A DNA stretch of 63,023 bases, filler included, from Asterionella formosa (Eukaryota): NCBI GenBank assembly GCA_002256025.1. It is 27 parts of 27 records of this genome, joined end to end, with 100 filler letters (N's around TTAATTAATTAA, not from the genome) between each part and the next. Parts side by side here need not be neighbours in the genome. Positions count along the whole stretch, not along the records: positions 48,098 to 49,154 come from NKIB01004640.1; positions 49,255 to 50,311 come from NKIB01004641.1; positions 50,412 to 51,467 come from NKIB01004643.1; positions 51,568 to 52,623 come from NKIB01004644.1; positions 52,724 to 53,779 come from NKIB01004645.1; positions 53,880 to 54,935 come from NKIB01004646.1; positions 55,036 to 56,091 come from NKIB01004647.1; positions 56,192 to 57,247 come from NKIB01004648.1; 19 more parts are not named here. One strand, 5' to 3'. Shown one piece after another: positions 48,711 to 60,601 of the stretch. The first letter of the stretch is position 1; each line of letters begins with the position of its first letter. Made by a program: the position numbers and the translations under genes. Below the pieces are notes generated by a model, which saw only the letters and a program-made list of their open reading frames with translations, was not told the DNA's origin and ran no database searches.

Positions 48711-48907
48711 TGAAGTATCTAACTAGAAGTAGTAGTATTTGTTGAATATATGAGCTTATTTGTTAATCCTTGTGTATAACTCGTTCTCCAAGTCGACACC
48801 AAAGTATACAATGAGGGTTAGTCGAGTTCTCTCATTATTGAGTTCTTATACATGTATGATATAACACTAACCCTATATACATCTGTATTGATGCGCAAGA
48901 TCGCTCA
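48711..48907 (-). mobile_element. Gypsy LTR (~197 bp), same family as 60424-60601
   Basis: Reverse complement reads TGAGCGATC..TATATAGGGTTAG..ACTTCTAGTTAGATACTTCA. Confidence 0.8.
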
Positions 48908-48989
48908 CCAGGTACCATTCTATCCATGAACTGGAGCACCAGGCGCCTGGTACTAGGGTACTAACCTGGTCCCTGGGGTAAGCCCCTTG

Positions 48990-49154
48990 TGAGGGATCCT
49001 GCGCCACAATACAGGTGTATATACATAGGGTTAGGTATATCTAAAGTATTTCAGAACTTGATTGTGCAAGAACTCGACTAACACCTATTGAATACTTTGA
49101 TGTCAACCCAGTTGACTGAGTTTGATACAATGATTAACTAGTAAGCTCATATAT
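48990..49154 (+). mobile_element. Second gypsy LTR of the same family, opposite orientation, cut by the contig end
   Basis: TGAGGGATCCTGC..ATAGGGTTAGG..TAACACCT..TTTGATGTCAA..GATTAA..CATATAT aligns with 60424-60601. Confidence 0.75.
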
Positions 49155-49425
49155 NNNNNNNNNNNNNNNNNNNNNNNNNNNNNNNNNNNNNNNNNNNNTT
49201 AATTAATTAANNNNNNNNNNNNNNNNNNNNNNNNNNNNNNNNNNNNNNNNNNNNCTACTAGCTTCAACACGAAAAATCAAATCGTAAATTACGACTTAAG
49301 CTGTTTAACATCAACGCTATGGAATTGCTTCTACAAATCAATAATATAACAATAGAGCATGCTTAAACAGACTATAAAGTTTTATTTCTAGTCACATGCT
49401 ACACTTTTTGAATAAAATAGAGTCA

Positions 49426-50311
49426 TCAATCGCTTGCAATGTAACCAACCGCATTCCAAGTGTTCAAAATTGTTGATTGTGACACCCTCAGCCAAGCTGT
49501 CCAAACCCACTGAGCGACATCCTGCCGCTTCACCTTTGTACCATGAGGATTGGCGACCATCCAGTCCTCATAGGCATTCCTAACAAAACCCTTAAAGGGC
49601 TTGTTTACTCCAACGTCCAAAACTTGAAGTTTTGATGTGTAGCCACCACAAATGAAGTCCACAGCAGTGCCACAATCCTTAATTGCATTGAGGCTTGTCG
49701 CCATCAAATGCACCTGGAACTCGTCCATCAGGAGGTAGCTTGGTTGAGAATCATGGCTGATCGTCCATGGTTTCCAGACTTCCCGAATCCAAAGCGCAAA
49801 CACCGACTCATCGACCCACGCCTTTGCCTGACAACAATAAACCATCTGTGGGGGATAAGCAAACTGTTGATTGTTGAATTCTCGCTGGATCCTGGCATCA
49901 GGTACTCCTTTGAAAACAACAAGAGGAGCAAGCTTCTCTCCAGACATCGTAACACCCAACAACACTGTGCAACGCATGCTGCTGCCATTGGTGCGTAAAC
50001 TGATGGTTTTCGCACCTTTATCAGCTAGCGTGAGCCCGCCTGCCATATCGAAATAAATGTTTGTCTCATCTATATTTACGATACTAGCACGATGATACGA
50101 CCCTTCAAGAAACTGTGTGTTTATGTACTGGAGATACTCCTGCATGACACTCAGTACATAGCGCGTGTTTTGTGCCTTGTGGGTGATACGACGATACACA
50201 ATGTTTTGGGATGTGCACCAACGAGCTACACGCTGTTGAATAACGCTCAAGCTAGCAACATGTCCCGACAAGCGCTTCAGCTCAGCAGCAAGCAACATGA
50301 TCGAACAAGCG
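49426..50311 (-). mobile_element. pogo-family DDE_1 transposase (DD35D), open frame, 5' end cut by the contig edge
   Basis: NIDET; CTVLLGVTMSGEKLAPLVVFKG; KAWVD; LLMDEFQVH; GGYTSKLQVLDVGVNKPFK. There are 35 residues between the second and third Asp. Confidence 0.95.
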
Positions 50312-50876
50312 NNNNNNNNNNNNNNNNNNNNNNNNNNNNNNNNNNNNNNNNNNNNTTAATTAATTAANNNNNNNNNNNNNNNNNNNNNNNNNNNNNNNNN
50401 NNNNNNNNNNNTGTAAGATTACCCCGTTATAGTGGTCTAAGCAGTTCATAGTGGTCTTAAGCAGTTTTTGACTGGTACCAGGTACCAGTACATATAGTCG
50501 TAGCTTTGTTGTGCACCGGCACCTTCGACAAAAAAGCTATGTAGCAATGTACCGGTACTCGTTTAGACTGGGTACCTGGTACCAGGTACCTGGCACATAA
50601 AGTCGTCGCTATGTAGTGCAGTGGTAGTTAACTAGCACCTTCGACAAAGCTCAGTATATATACTGCCTTGTATAGACTGGGTAATACCATCACCTCTAAT
50701 AGCTTTGTCATGAAATGAAATCCCTTGTTGTACCTCCCCAGTTTTCTAGTAATATGCATGTTAACATGCAAACCATGAAACTACTAGGAGATAAAATAGT
50801 TAATAACAATTGAGGTACTAAACAAGCAAAGTAAATACTAAAGACATTGCAAATTTCAAAATTTCAATGAAATTAT

Positions 50877-51180
50877 CTAAACACACAGTAGTGAATGCCC
50901 ACCAGTGCAACAATCTTTAATCAGATGCATGAGTATGTATGTCACTGTTTGGTCTTGGCCATATGGCTCATAAATTCGGTCTATTGCTGTGTTTGCAGGA
51001 GTAGTATCACCAGCACAAACTAGCATTGCAACTGTCTCCCACAGAATTTAGCACCAGCAGTAAATAAATTTCAGTCTACTCCTTTCAACCCTTGTAAATA
51101 GCCTTTCTGGCTTTTGCCCTCCAATCCCAACCTCCCATTCCTGTCAAAGAACAACTAGCATCTTTGGTGTCTTAGCCACT
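50877..51180 (-). mobile_element. Degenerate conserved C-terminal domain of a CryptonS-type tyrosine recombinase element
   Basis: Not in the ORF track. KTPKMLVVL*QEWEVGIGGQKPERLFTRVERSRLKFIYCWC*ILWETVAMLVCAG..AIDRIYEPYGQDQTVT..DCCTGGH resembles the stramenopile P.TL..LW.E..G.GG.KPA..FT..ERG..AID.IY..YG..VT..GGH domain. Confidence 0.7.
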
Positions 51181-52723
51181 ACTATTGTACTAGACTGGAT
51201 CAACAGCCATTTTACTTTCCAAATCGTTTTACTTTGGGTTAAAGTACTGAAAGACTATTTAGGTTTAAGCAAATGATGGAATCTAATTTAATCAAGACAA
51301 CGTTAAGCAATATTTTTCTTAAACTTTGTAGACAAGCATGCACAGTCCTTAATTCATATGTAGATGACTGCATGTGTCACTACAGAAGGAAAGAGATTTA
51401 CCAGCATTAGTCTACTGGTACTATGTTAACAATATGCTGGTAATAACAGTGGATCACTATGTGTAGCNNNNNNNNNNNNNNNNNNNNNNNNNNNNNNNNN
51501 NNNNNNNNNNNTTAATTAATTAANNNNNNNNNNNNNNNNNNNNNNNNNNNNNNNNNNNNNNNNNNNNGTACATTCGATGGTATAAGCCCTATTTAACGTT
51601 AACCTTATAGGCTCTTCTACATAAACTATATACTTGTTCTTACTAACTATAGAGACTTACAATATATAGTAGCTTGTAATATACATATTGCATTGGTATG
51701 TACCCGAGACTTTATGATTATGTCATAACTTTTCATTTCTTTTGCATAAGAGATTCTCCGAGCAGAGCTTTTGATTCATTTGTCTAGGCATAAGTGGAAT
51801 GCTTTTGGTGGGTAGTCACTTTTCACATGAAATTCAAAAAGTTATAGCAATATGAGTTATGGTGGCTGTCATCAGGGTCCCTGCCACTTATGGTGTTTGG
51901 TTGGTGCCAGTTGATCAATTCAGGGAATATCTTAATGAAAAGTACTTTTAATTATTAAATGCCAAAAAATCTAAGCTAAGGCCTTTGTATCCTACTATAT
52001 TTCTCTTCAGGTTGCAATCAGCAGCCATATATATCTATATATAATGAATACTTGTAGATATATTTACTAACAAAGGCACCAAATCATCATTCTGCCATGA
52101 CACAAAATGAAGCAAATCAAGGATGATTGCAAGTCAAATCTCAGCACATTTTGAAATTTTTATGTATACATGCATTGGCATTTGTTCACACTTTCAAAAT
52201 ATGAGCACTATGCATTTTGTCACTCTACTACCACATTAATCCATATGATATGTACCTACAAGCTACAAGCAAACAAGATTGACACAAATACTGCAAGCTA
52301 GACTACAGCACTGGAGAGGGAGAACAATTTTTGAGTTTGGAGAGAATATAGCAAAGCTTGCAAAACTTTTTTACTTTGCTTAGCTACCAGTCATTTTCAT
52401 TTGTCATTTTTGACCTTTTTATTTGTGTGATGATGTTTCTGCATACATGTAAAAAATGTTCATGTATGTGTTTCATTGGATATCCATACCGGTAGCAATG
52501 AAAGGAAGGCAGAGCGGTATTACCGTTATTTTGTTTTTAGTACCAGAATGTATGTATGCACTAAATAATCCATCCAGAATGATGTGGAACGAAAAAGACT
52601 CGAGAGACTGAATGCAACCTAGTNNNNNNNNNNNNNNNNNNNNNNNNNNNNNNNNNNNNNNNNNNNNTTAATTAATTAANNNNNNNNNNNNNNNNNNNNN
52701 NNNNNNNNNNNNNNNNNNNNNNN

Positions 52724-53328
52724 ATCCCAAGAAGAACGACGAGGCTGGTAAGGCTGCAATGAAAGAGGCTCTTGATACTTTGGTAGATGGTCTCAAAAAG
52801 CAAGGTCTTCGCGTGAAAGTGGATGACAGAGAGTACGTAAGAAATGGAGCTAAGTACTTTGAATGGGAGCGCAAAGGGGTTCCTCTTCGCATTGAACTTG
52901 GACCGCGTGATGTCGCCAAAAACGAATGTGTGTTCAAATACCGAGCAGGAGCTGGATCAGAAGAAAAGATGAGCATTTCTCTGAACAACGCTGCCTCGGT
53001 TGCAGCAAGCGGTTTGGATGCAATGCAAGCGAATTTGTTTGATGCTGCGACAAATCGGTTGCGTACACGCATTAATAAAGAAACATCCTACGAGGAAATG
53101 AAAAATGCTCTAGAAGGAGATGAAGCATCTGTTTATCCCGGGGTTGGACTATATCTTGTTCCATGGAAGTGTGACGCGGAGAATGAAGACAAGATCAAGG
53201 AGGAGTGCAAGGCGACGATACGATGCTACCCTATTGCTGAGAATGACGCTGGCATGTACAAGGGCAAGAAATGTTTTTACTCTGGCGAAGATGCTACTCA
53301 TATGGCACTCTTTGGTAGAGCTTTCTAG
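52724..53328 (+). CDS. proS: Prolyl-tRNA synthetase (eukaryote/archaea type), anticodon-binding and C-terminal domains; partial
   Basis: GLRVKVDDR..GAKYFEWERKGVPLRIELGPRD; EDKIKEECKATIRCYP; KCFYSG..ALFGRAF*. Confidence 0.95.
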
Positions 53329-53615
53329 AGTTATAATGGATACTGGGCACTTCTGATATATTAATTATTCACTTTAGTTCTACACCAAGATGCAAGCCCT
53401 TGTTCTTAAACTATATTGATCGGATCACGACGACATGGCTCGAGGAGCAGTATACAGTGGAGTGCAAGGCAAACACCAGGACCGCAAAGCTGATCCGATG
53501 CACTGCAATGAACAAGTTGAAACTTGTTTGTCAAAAACAAACGAGTATTGAGAGAATAAATTAGGATTGTTAAAATGTGGACTTTGACTCGTCATGCTAG
53601 GCTAGTCGGATTTCC

Positions 53616-53779
53616 TTATTCTTGAGCGATGAAGAGTTCAACATACTTCTTCCTTGAAGGGTGGTCATCACAGCTGGGTCGGTTGAACGGAGTCCATACT
53701 GGTTGCCCCTGAAATAAGCGCATGGCATGAACGATATTATCCATGTCACAAGTGAAGCGATGATAAATCCCTTCTGGTA
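53616..53779 (-). CDS. ADI1: Acireductone dioxygenase (methionine salvage), 3' end, convergent with ProRS
   Basis: Not in the ORF track. [45 protein letters not shown] matches the ARD signature PAGIYHRFT..AMRLF.GEPVWT..NRP. Confidence 0.92.
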
Positions 53780-54877
53780 NNNNNNNNNNNNNNNNNNNNN
53801 NNNNNNNNNNNNNNNNNNNNNNNTTAATTAATTAANNNNNNNNNNNNNNNNNNNNNNNNNNNNNNNNNNNNNNNNNNNNGTTTGTTTCAACAAGCGAGAC
53901 AAGAAAGAACTCTTGATATTGAGATTAATCGGCGCGGCGGAAACGGAATGAAAAGTCAAATGCAATTTTATTATGGAGCAATAATAAAAACAAAAACAAA
54001 TGACACAAATGTTGGTACGGCCACTTTTCCTCATAACTATCAAGCAGGGTGAAGGAGAGAGAGAAATTCGCTGTTGCGCTCCTTTCCTATATCGATCGGG
54101 TTGCTGTTCTGGTCAAACCGACTCTCTGGTACCGTAGCTTGTAACAATGATATGAGAGAGCAAAAAGGCAAGGGGCGGCGGGAAACTCATTTCATGTCAT
54201 CATGCACCGGTATTAAAAATTATGCATACACCCCTGCTCTCTCCTACATACCGATATTCTAAGTCGTACATACGGCGTGGTAAAATCCTGAAAATAAACG
54301 AGGTACGGAGTATTACCAGGTACCTTGCCGGTAGTACTGTATGGTGACCTCTAGCTTCTGTACCAGGTACCAGAACTGGTACAGCCAGTCTACCGTATAG
54401 ATGACAGATGACAGTATTTACGATTTGTTGTGGCTACTAACTGTTCGAAGCAGTCGAAACGGAAAGTAGATCACGAGTGGTCCCGCGCCAATTTTCAAAT
54501 CGACCCATCCACCACTGTGCTCGAGCGAATTCCACATACCGGTATGTAAATTAGCAGCGAAATGATCTCTTCAGAAATTCTACGTATGTACCTAATACCA
54601 GGTACAAGGTACCAGCGATAGATGGATACCGGTAGTACCAGTACCAGTATGCTGGTATGATTGATCACTGATCAATATACATATACCGGTATAAATACCC
54701 GAGTATATACATCATGCGCTGCCTTTGAATGCTGATTTTTAAAATTTACACCTGTGTCTTACGTTCCTGACGATACGGAGTGGTAAGCGTAATTTTTATG
54801 GCTCGACAAATTTCCGGTAATAAATCTGCCGGTATTCTATATTCGTATTGTCGTTCGTTCACTCGAACACCATCACC

Positions 54878-54922
54878 ATGGCGACGGCAGCATCAAGTGC
54901 TGATCTAGCGATGATACAACAG
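54878..54922 (+). CDS. Possible first exon of an unidentified gene
   Basis: ACCATGG start context, MATAASSADLAMIQQ, then a canonical AG|GTGAGT donor at the contig end. Confidence 0.4.
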
Positions 54923-55035
54923 GTGAGTGAACGACNNNNNNNNNNNNNNNNNNNNNNNNNNNNNNNNNNNNNNNNNNNNTTAATTAATTAANNNNNNNNN
55001 NNNNNNNNNNNNNNNNNNNNNNNNNNNNNNNNNNN

Positions 55036-56091
55036 GAAATCTCCAACTATATAAACGAGCCTTGCCTTCTTGGGAAGTCCCTGGCCCAACTTTCTTAAGA
55101 CATCCATACCAGTTTCAATTGCGTAAATTGTTTGGTTTTTTGCACCAAAAGAATGGATTTTAGTTGTGATCGCACGAATTCCATCTTTGAAGTTTCTGGA
55201 GTTCTCCAGGATCTCGCTGATCAAGTAGTCCATTTTCTCAAAATTTGCATTACAGTACTCAATCTCACAGGAGGAACAAAAAAGGCTAAGAGAAACGTCA
55301 TAATAATCACGCCAGTGACGCAGTCCCAGGAGACTGATCCCTAGGTCTAAGTACTCCGAAGCAGCTACAAAAGCAGAGGATTTCATGGCTCGCTCACCCG
55401 CTTGGAGGCACAATGCTGCCATGCGATCTCTCTCATCCTGGTCGTCCATAAGGTTGATGCCAAGGTGCAGTTGTCGTACAACAAGGAAGATGTTGAAAGT
55501 CAAATCATCACGTGGAAGGTGATTCCATAGTTTTCTTCCTAACTCAAGATGAAATGCAGCCCTCTCTGTTTGGAGTATTTGCTGATACGCGGCCTGTTGC
55601 ACCTTATCATGTGTCCATCTGCAAGCTCCATTTGAAGAATACATTACCAAGAGCCCTTTCGCTTCAGCAACTTTCAACATCGTATTTACGTCACCACCTA
55701 CGAGACCATCTAAGATTTTTTTGTCAAATTCAGACCCTATGCAAGATGCAATCTTTAGAATCTCTCTCATACTTCGAGGGAGTTTTTCAATCTCCTCACC
55801 TACAAGCTCAACGACATCCTTGCTCTTCTCTTCACTCCTCGTATTTGCATGGTCCCAAGTCCATTCTCCTGCATTTTTATCAAATATAAGAAGGTTGTGT
55901 GCATATAAAGTTTGCAGGTATTGCATAATATAGATGCAATTTCCATGTGTCTGGTCAAATACAATGGAGGAGAGCGCTGCAGTTGCTTCGTCTGACAAAT
56001 TAAACATTTCAGCAATGATAGTAGTAACTGTATCAGCGCAAAGTGGCTCAAGCTTGATATCGACGACTATAACACCGGAATCCTCAAGCTC
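55036..56091 (-). CDS. Internal fragment of a STAND-class ATPase (AAA_16/multi-sensor kinase-like) with helical repeats
   Basis: QTHGNCIYIMQYL; WTWD; IEKLP..ILKIASCIGSEFD; WTHDKVQQAAY; FHLELGRKLW; LCLQAGERAMKSSAF; HWRDYYDVSL. Confidence 0.85.
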
Positions 56092-56191
56092 NNNNNNNNN
56101 NNNNNNNNNNNNNNNNNNNNNNNNNNNNNNNNNNNTTAATTAATTAANNNNNNNNNNNNNNNNNNNNNNNNNNNNNNNNNNNNNNNNNNNN

Positions 56192-56840
56192 AACAATCTG
56201 TAAAGACCGAATCGTATGCAGGATTACCAGATCTAAGTAGAGCAGGATGACCCTTGTGGGTACTGCATCCCTTATACCACTCATCAAAGGGCATATCACG
56301 ACAGTCTTGACAAGCCTGTATGTAGTTACCAGTTTGATTGTGAGCCTTATGAATGCACCATACTGCCGTACGAAATCCCTTACGCTTTTCAGGGGCATTC
56401 CAATCCCCACGACATTTTATAAGATGCCCCATGACATCGTAAACTTCCTTTCCACCAAGATCCAATAATGTCATACTTGGTGCATTGTATTTCCACCATA
56501 CATACATTACAAGGGATTCTACCTTCATCGATGGACAGTTTGCAGGACATTTGTCCCTAAGCATCAACAGTGACTCATAATCACCAATCAACTTGAAGAA
56601 TTTTGTAAGACCACGAAAGTGAACCTCATAGCTTAGCTCTGTACGATACCGGAGTGCACTTGTACCAGTCAATTTTGCCAAGCGTCGGTCAACAGATGTC
56701 TTTTTCAATTTGTCCAAAGCATTCAGAATTCCTTGGGCTACTTTATCTTCAATATCTGCTGTTGTATCCTTGGCATATAAGACATCCCGAGGTAGATTGG
56801 CAAGCTTTTTAGTCTCACCGCGTGTATTCTTCTTACTCAT
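56192..56840 (-). CDS. Putative N-terminal (core-binding) half of a second tyrosine recombinase type; partial
   Basis: T...Y..HFRGLTKFF..IGDYESLL..CPSM..DVMG..IKCRGDW..IH..CQDC..GCSTH..GNPAY. The final GNP motif is typical of the linker before eukaryotic YR catalytic domains. The catalytic part is missing, so this is unconfirmed. Confidence 0.5.
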
Positions 56841-57634
56841 TCTGACAATTCAAGTATATGGATGCGAAATTGGCAAGTTAAGTGAACAAATTATTCATCA
56901 AATGTTGGCGGGCTGTAATTTTTAGGATCACATGTATTCCTATACAGTTATGTATATTTATATAGTTGCACGGATTTGATATAGTCTGGTGCAATTCAGG
57001 TTACTCTAAGTAAAGTGGTGCAATTGGTGGTGCAATTGTGGTGCAACGGTGGTGCAAATGCCAATGGGCAGTTGAATTTACGAATAGTTTTTCCAGTTTC
57101 ATCCCGTTTTGGGAAAAGTCCCGGTAGTCTAATAATAATTAGCGATGGGTGTCCGTTCACCCATCAGTAAAACATTTTGTTTACACATGTTGGTGTAAGT
57201 AATAAAGTCGTGTGTATTCACGGCTGGAACGGATCCTCATCGTGGGCNNNNNNNNNNNNNNNNNNNNNNNNNNNNNNNNNNNNNNNNNNNNTTAATTAAT
57301 TAANNNNNNNNNNNNNNNNNNNNNNNNNNNNNNNNNNNNNNNNNNNNTCATACTCGCATATACATAATTCGAAAATACTCAATGCACTATATGTCCATTG
57401 TTTTCCACGACTACGTGTACCGGAATTGTTTCTGAAATTTGTTTGCATCGATATTTTCTACGTCCGTTGAAACTTATTATTTAGACCGTTCAAATGCCCC
57501 TTTTTTGGGCGGGAGCTCTTCATGTGTACCGGTACATCATATGACAATAACAATGTATCATTTATACATACAGGGTACCAGTAGCAGGTAGTAAGTGATC
57601 TACTGGGGGTAGTCAGAGTAGTACCGGTAAACTA

Positions 57635-57955
57635 GCAACAGAACACCATATGTTCAGGACTGTTGCTACTGCAGTGGGACAGTAAATCATCATAGTTTTA
57701 GGATCGTATGATCGTAAAATTATGATCCAAAAGAACACCATATGTTCATGACTGCTGCTACTGCAGTGGGACAGTAAATTATCATAATTTTAGGATCATA
57801 TGATCGTAAAACTAAAAACCAATGGAATACCATATATTCAGGACTGTTGCTACTACCGTGGGACAATAAATCATCATAGTTCTAGGATTGTATGATCGTA
57901 AAACTAAAAACCGATAGTCGGAGTAATAAGTGAGCAACAGAACACCATATGTTCT
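57635..57955. repeat. Tandem repeat, 3 copies of 92 bp plus a partial fourth
   Basis: GAACACCATATGTTCA..CTGTTGCTACT..GTGGGACA..TAGGATCGTATGATCGTAAAA (with variants) at 57641, 57733, 57825; partial at 57940. Confidence 0.92.
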
Positions 57956-58503
57956 GGCATACCTACCCGGTAGTTATCATAATATTGCTTTTATGAAATT
58001 AACTGGCGCGATAATTAGCCAGGCTGACGAGTTACTACCGGTACCAGGTAGTACGTCTACATCTTTTATCAGCACCTTTAAGTAGCACCTACGGTTATGG
58101 TGGTATGACAGGGTGGCTGTGGTTATGGAGCAGGGGGTAGAACGCCACAACATGACGAAGTCCCAAGGATCATGAATGGGAAGAAAACTTTGCTGCATTC
58201 TGGTGGTACCATTGGACTTGGGAAACAGCGAGGAAGGTTGTATCCCGCCATATCAAACGGTTTCGAATAAGAGGAGTTGGAACGAAGAGATGTGACAAGA
58301 ACTGACCTGACACTTCTGTCCGACTTGGTCGATGGATGTCTCCCGCCTATTTGTGACTTCCTGCGCAACACAACAAAACTTGCCACAACGACGAATCAAA
58401 CGGNNNNNNNNNNNNNNNNNNNNNNNNNNNNNNNNNNNNNNNNNNNNTTAATTAATTAANNNNNNNNNNNNNNNNNNNNNNNNNNNNNNNNNNNNNNNNN
58501 NNN

Positions 58504-59413
58504 TTCGCATTTCTTGTTCAAAAATTCTTTCTTATGAGCTTTAGCATTGTCCTGGACCAAAGTAAGTTTTGTCCATGCATCGTCTAGTTTATTTGGTAGA
58601 ATTTCTGTTCCTTCTTCAGGTTCTGTATGCCAAAATTTTTGCATGTAAGTGGCAACATTTGAGTTGCAGGATGTACTCCCTGTTGAAAGCACCTCACGCC
58701 TCAGCCAATTTCGGAGACCATCCATATCCAATTTTTTTCTGGTAGTCTTGCGTTCTGCCTGTAGGACAATAATTGTGACTTGATGATCTAAATGATCAGC
58801 CCCTTTCTGTAGTGCGTGGACCCCCTGAGATAGACCCATTTCTGTCAATTTCAAGCATCTCGCATATATATTATGAGCAAGAAACTGCGCATGAACTATT
58901 TCAAGATATGCTTTAACTTGTTCCTTGTTTTTCGAGCTCAACCCGCAATTCTTCCGTGCTGTTGCATCTTTGCTTTTGACATGAAAGAGGGCGCTTTCAT
59001 TAAGATCAATACACAAGGCCCGATGATCCGAGAATTTTAATCCATCATCAAAGGATGTCATTCCTCCTTTTTATAACTACTGCTGATATTTTTTCCGTCC
59101 CCAAAATATGATCAATTTTTCGTTGACCTCTTGTATATGTAGCTGGAGGAGCTGTGGTGTATAGGTCCTCATGCAAATCAACCATGTGACAATCCTGCAC
59201 GAACATTGAGAAACCTTCATCGTCATAATCTGCATTTGCGTCAACCATAAAAATGATTTCGTCTCCTTGGGTTTGGAAAACCACAACATTGAATTCTTCA
59301 GTGCCCTTGAATCGCATCCATGCCCATCGACCGAGGTCCTCATTGGATCCTCTGTTTAGAAGCAACGAGTGAAGGCATGAGGTGCACGACATGCTACATC
59401 CTCCTCGTTGCAA
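58504..59413 (-). mobile_element. Degenerate APE endonuclease region of a non-LTR retrotransposon ORF2
   Basis: DLGRWAWMRFKG; EIIFMVDANAD; PPATYTRGQRKIDHILGT; a frameshift; then FSDHRALCIDL. Confidence 0.85.
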
Positions 59414-59658
59414 AATTTTTTCCGAACGTTCATCACAGGATGAATGACAAAACTTTAATTCAGTGTAACCTTTTATCAGTCTTTGTTCCCACCTATCTCA
59501 AAAGGTGTAGTTTTTCCAATTTACATTTGTTTCACTCATTCCTGTTAGGTCCCCTTGTNNNNNNNNNNNNNNNNNNNNNNNNNNNNNNNNNNNNNNNNNN
59601 NNTTAATTAATTAANNNNNNNNNNNNNNNNNNNNNNNNNNNNNNNNNNNNNNNNNNNN

Positions 59659-60601
59659 TCAATTAATTGAATTTCGTGCTCTAACTTGTATTGATACGGT
59701 TACCAATTTGGCAGAAATTTCATGTATCAATAACAAAACATCAGAATATATTGCAATGAAATTTGAAAATGATTGGTTAGCCAGATATCCCCGTCCAGAA
59801 CGTTGTATACATGAAAATGGAGGTGAATTTACTGGTGCTCCTTTCTTACACATGTTGGTGTTGAATGGAATTAAAGATGTGACCTACTACTACAGTTAAG
59901 AATCCACAAGCAAATGGTGTCTGTGAACGTTTACATCAATCTATCCGTAATAGTCTACGAGCTATGTTAAAGGCTCATCCTCCAATGAATGAATTTGAAG
60001 CCCAAAATATTGTGGATACGTGTTTTGCAACTGCATCATATGCAGCTCGAACTACTATTCATAGTATATTATGTATTTCACCAGGTGCATGGGTTTTTCA
60101 ACGTGATATGATTTTAAATATTCCTTTGCTTACAGATTTACAATTGATACATCAACGTTGACAAGTTATAATCGACAATCGCTTACGTCGCATTAATTTT
60201 TGTCGTCAATCTTAGTATGATTACAAAGTGGGTGATGAGATTTTAATACTTTTGGATAATCCTACTACTTTTGATGATTGTGGACGAGGTCCTTATACTA
60301 TTATTCAAGTACATGCCAATGGTACAGTTACTTTTCAACGCACTTAGCATATTACAGAACGAATTAATATTCGTCGTATCAAACCTTTTCATAGGTAAAG
60401 GTTTTCCCTCAAGTGTGGGAGAGTGAGCGATCCTGCACATTGATACAGAAATATATAGGGTTAGGGTTATATCAAATATATCAGAAGTCGACTATCGGTA
60501 ACACCTGTTGTATATTTTGATGTCAATTTGGGAAAACAAGTTGTACATAGATTAATTAGCATATATTCAACGAAAACTAATACTTCTAGTTAGATACTTC
60601 A
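59659..60601 (+). mobile_element. Degenerate Ty3/gypsy integrase, PPT and 3' LTR (60424-60601)
   Basis: ALTCIDTVTNL; WLARYPRPERCIHENGGEF; TTVKNPQANGVCERLHQ; SPGAWVFQRDM; YDYKVGD; GPYTIIQVHANGTV; INIRRIKPF. Purine-rich AAGTGTGGGAGAG, then TG..CA 178 bp. Confidence 0.93.

Noticed and set aside
49255..57247. Gene cluster linking the transposase, ProRS, STAND ATPase and YR-like ORF
   Set aside because: They lie on separate ~1-kb contigs ordered by length. Only ProRS and ADI1 share a contig.
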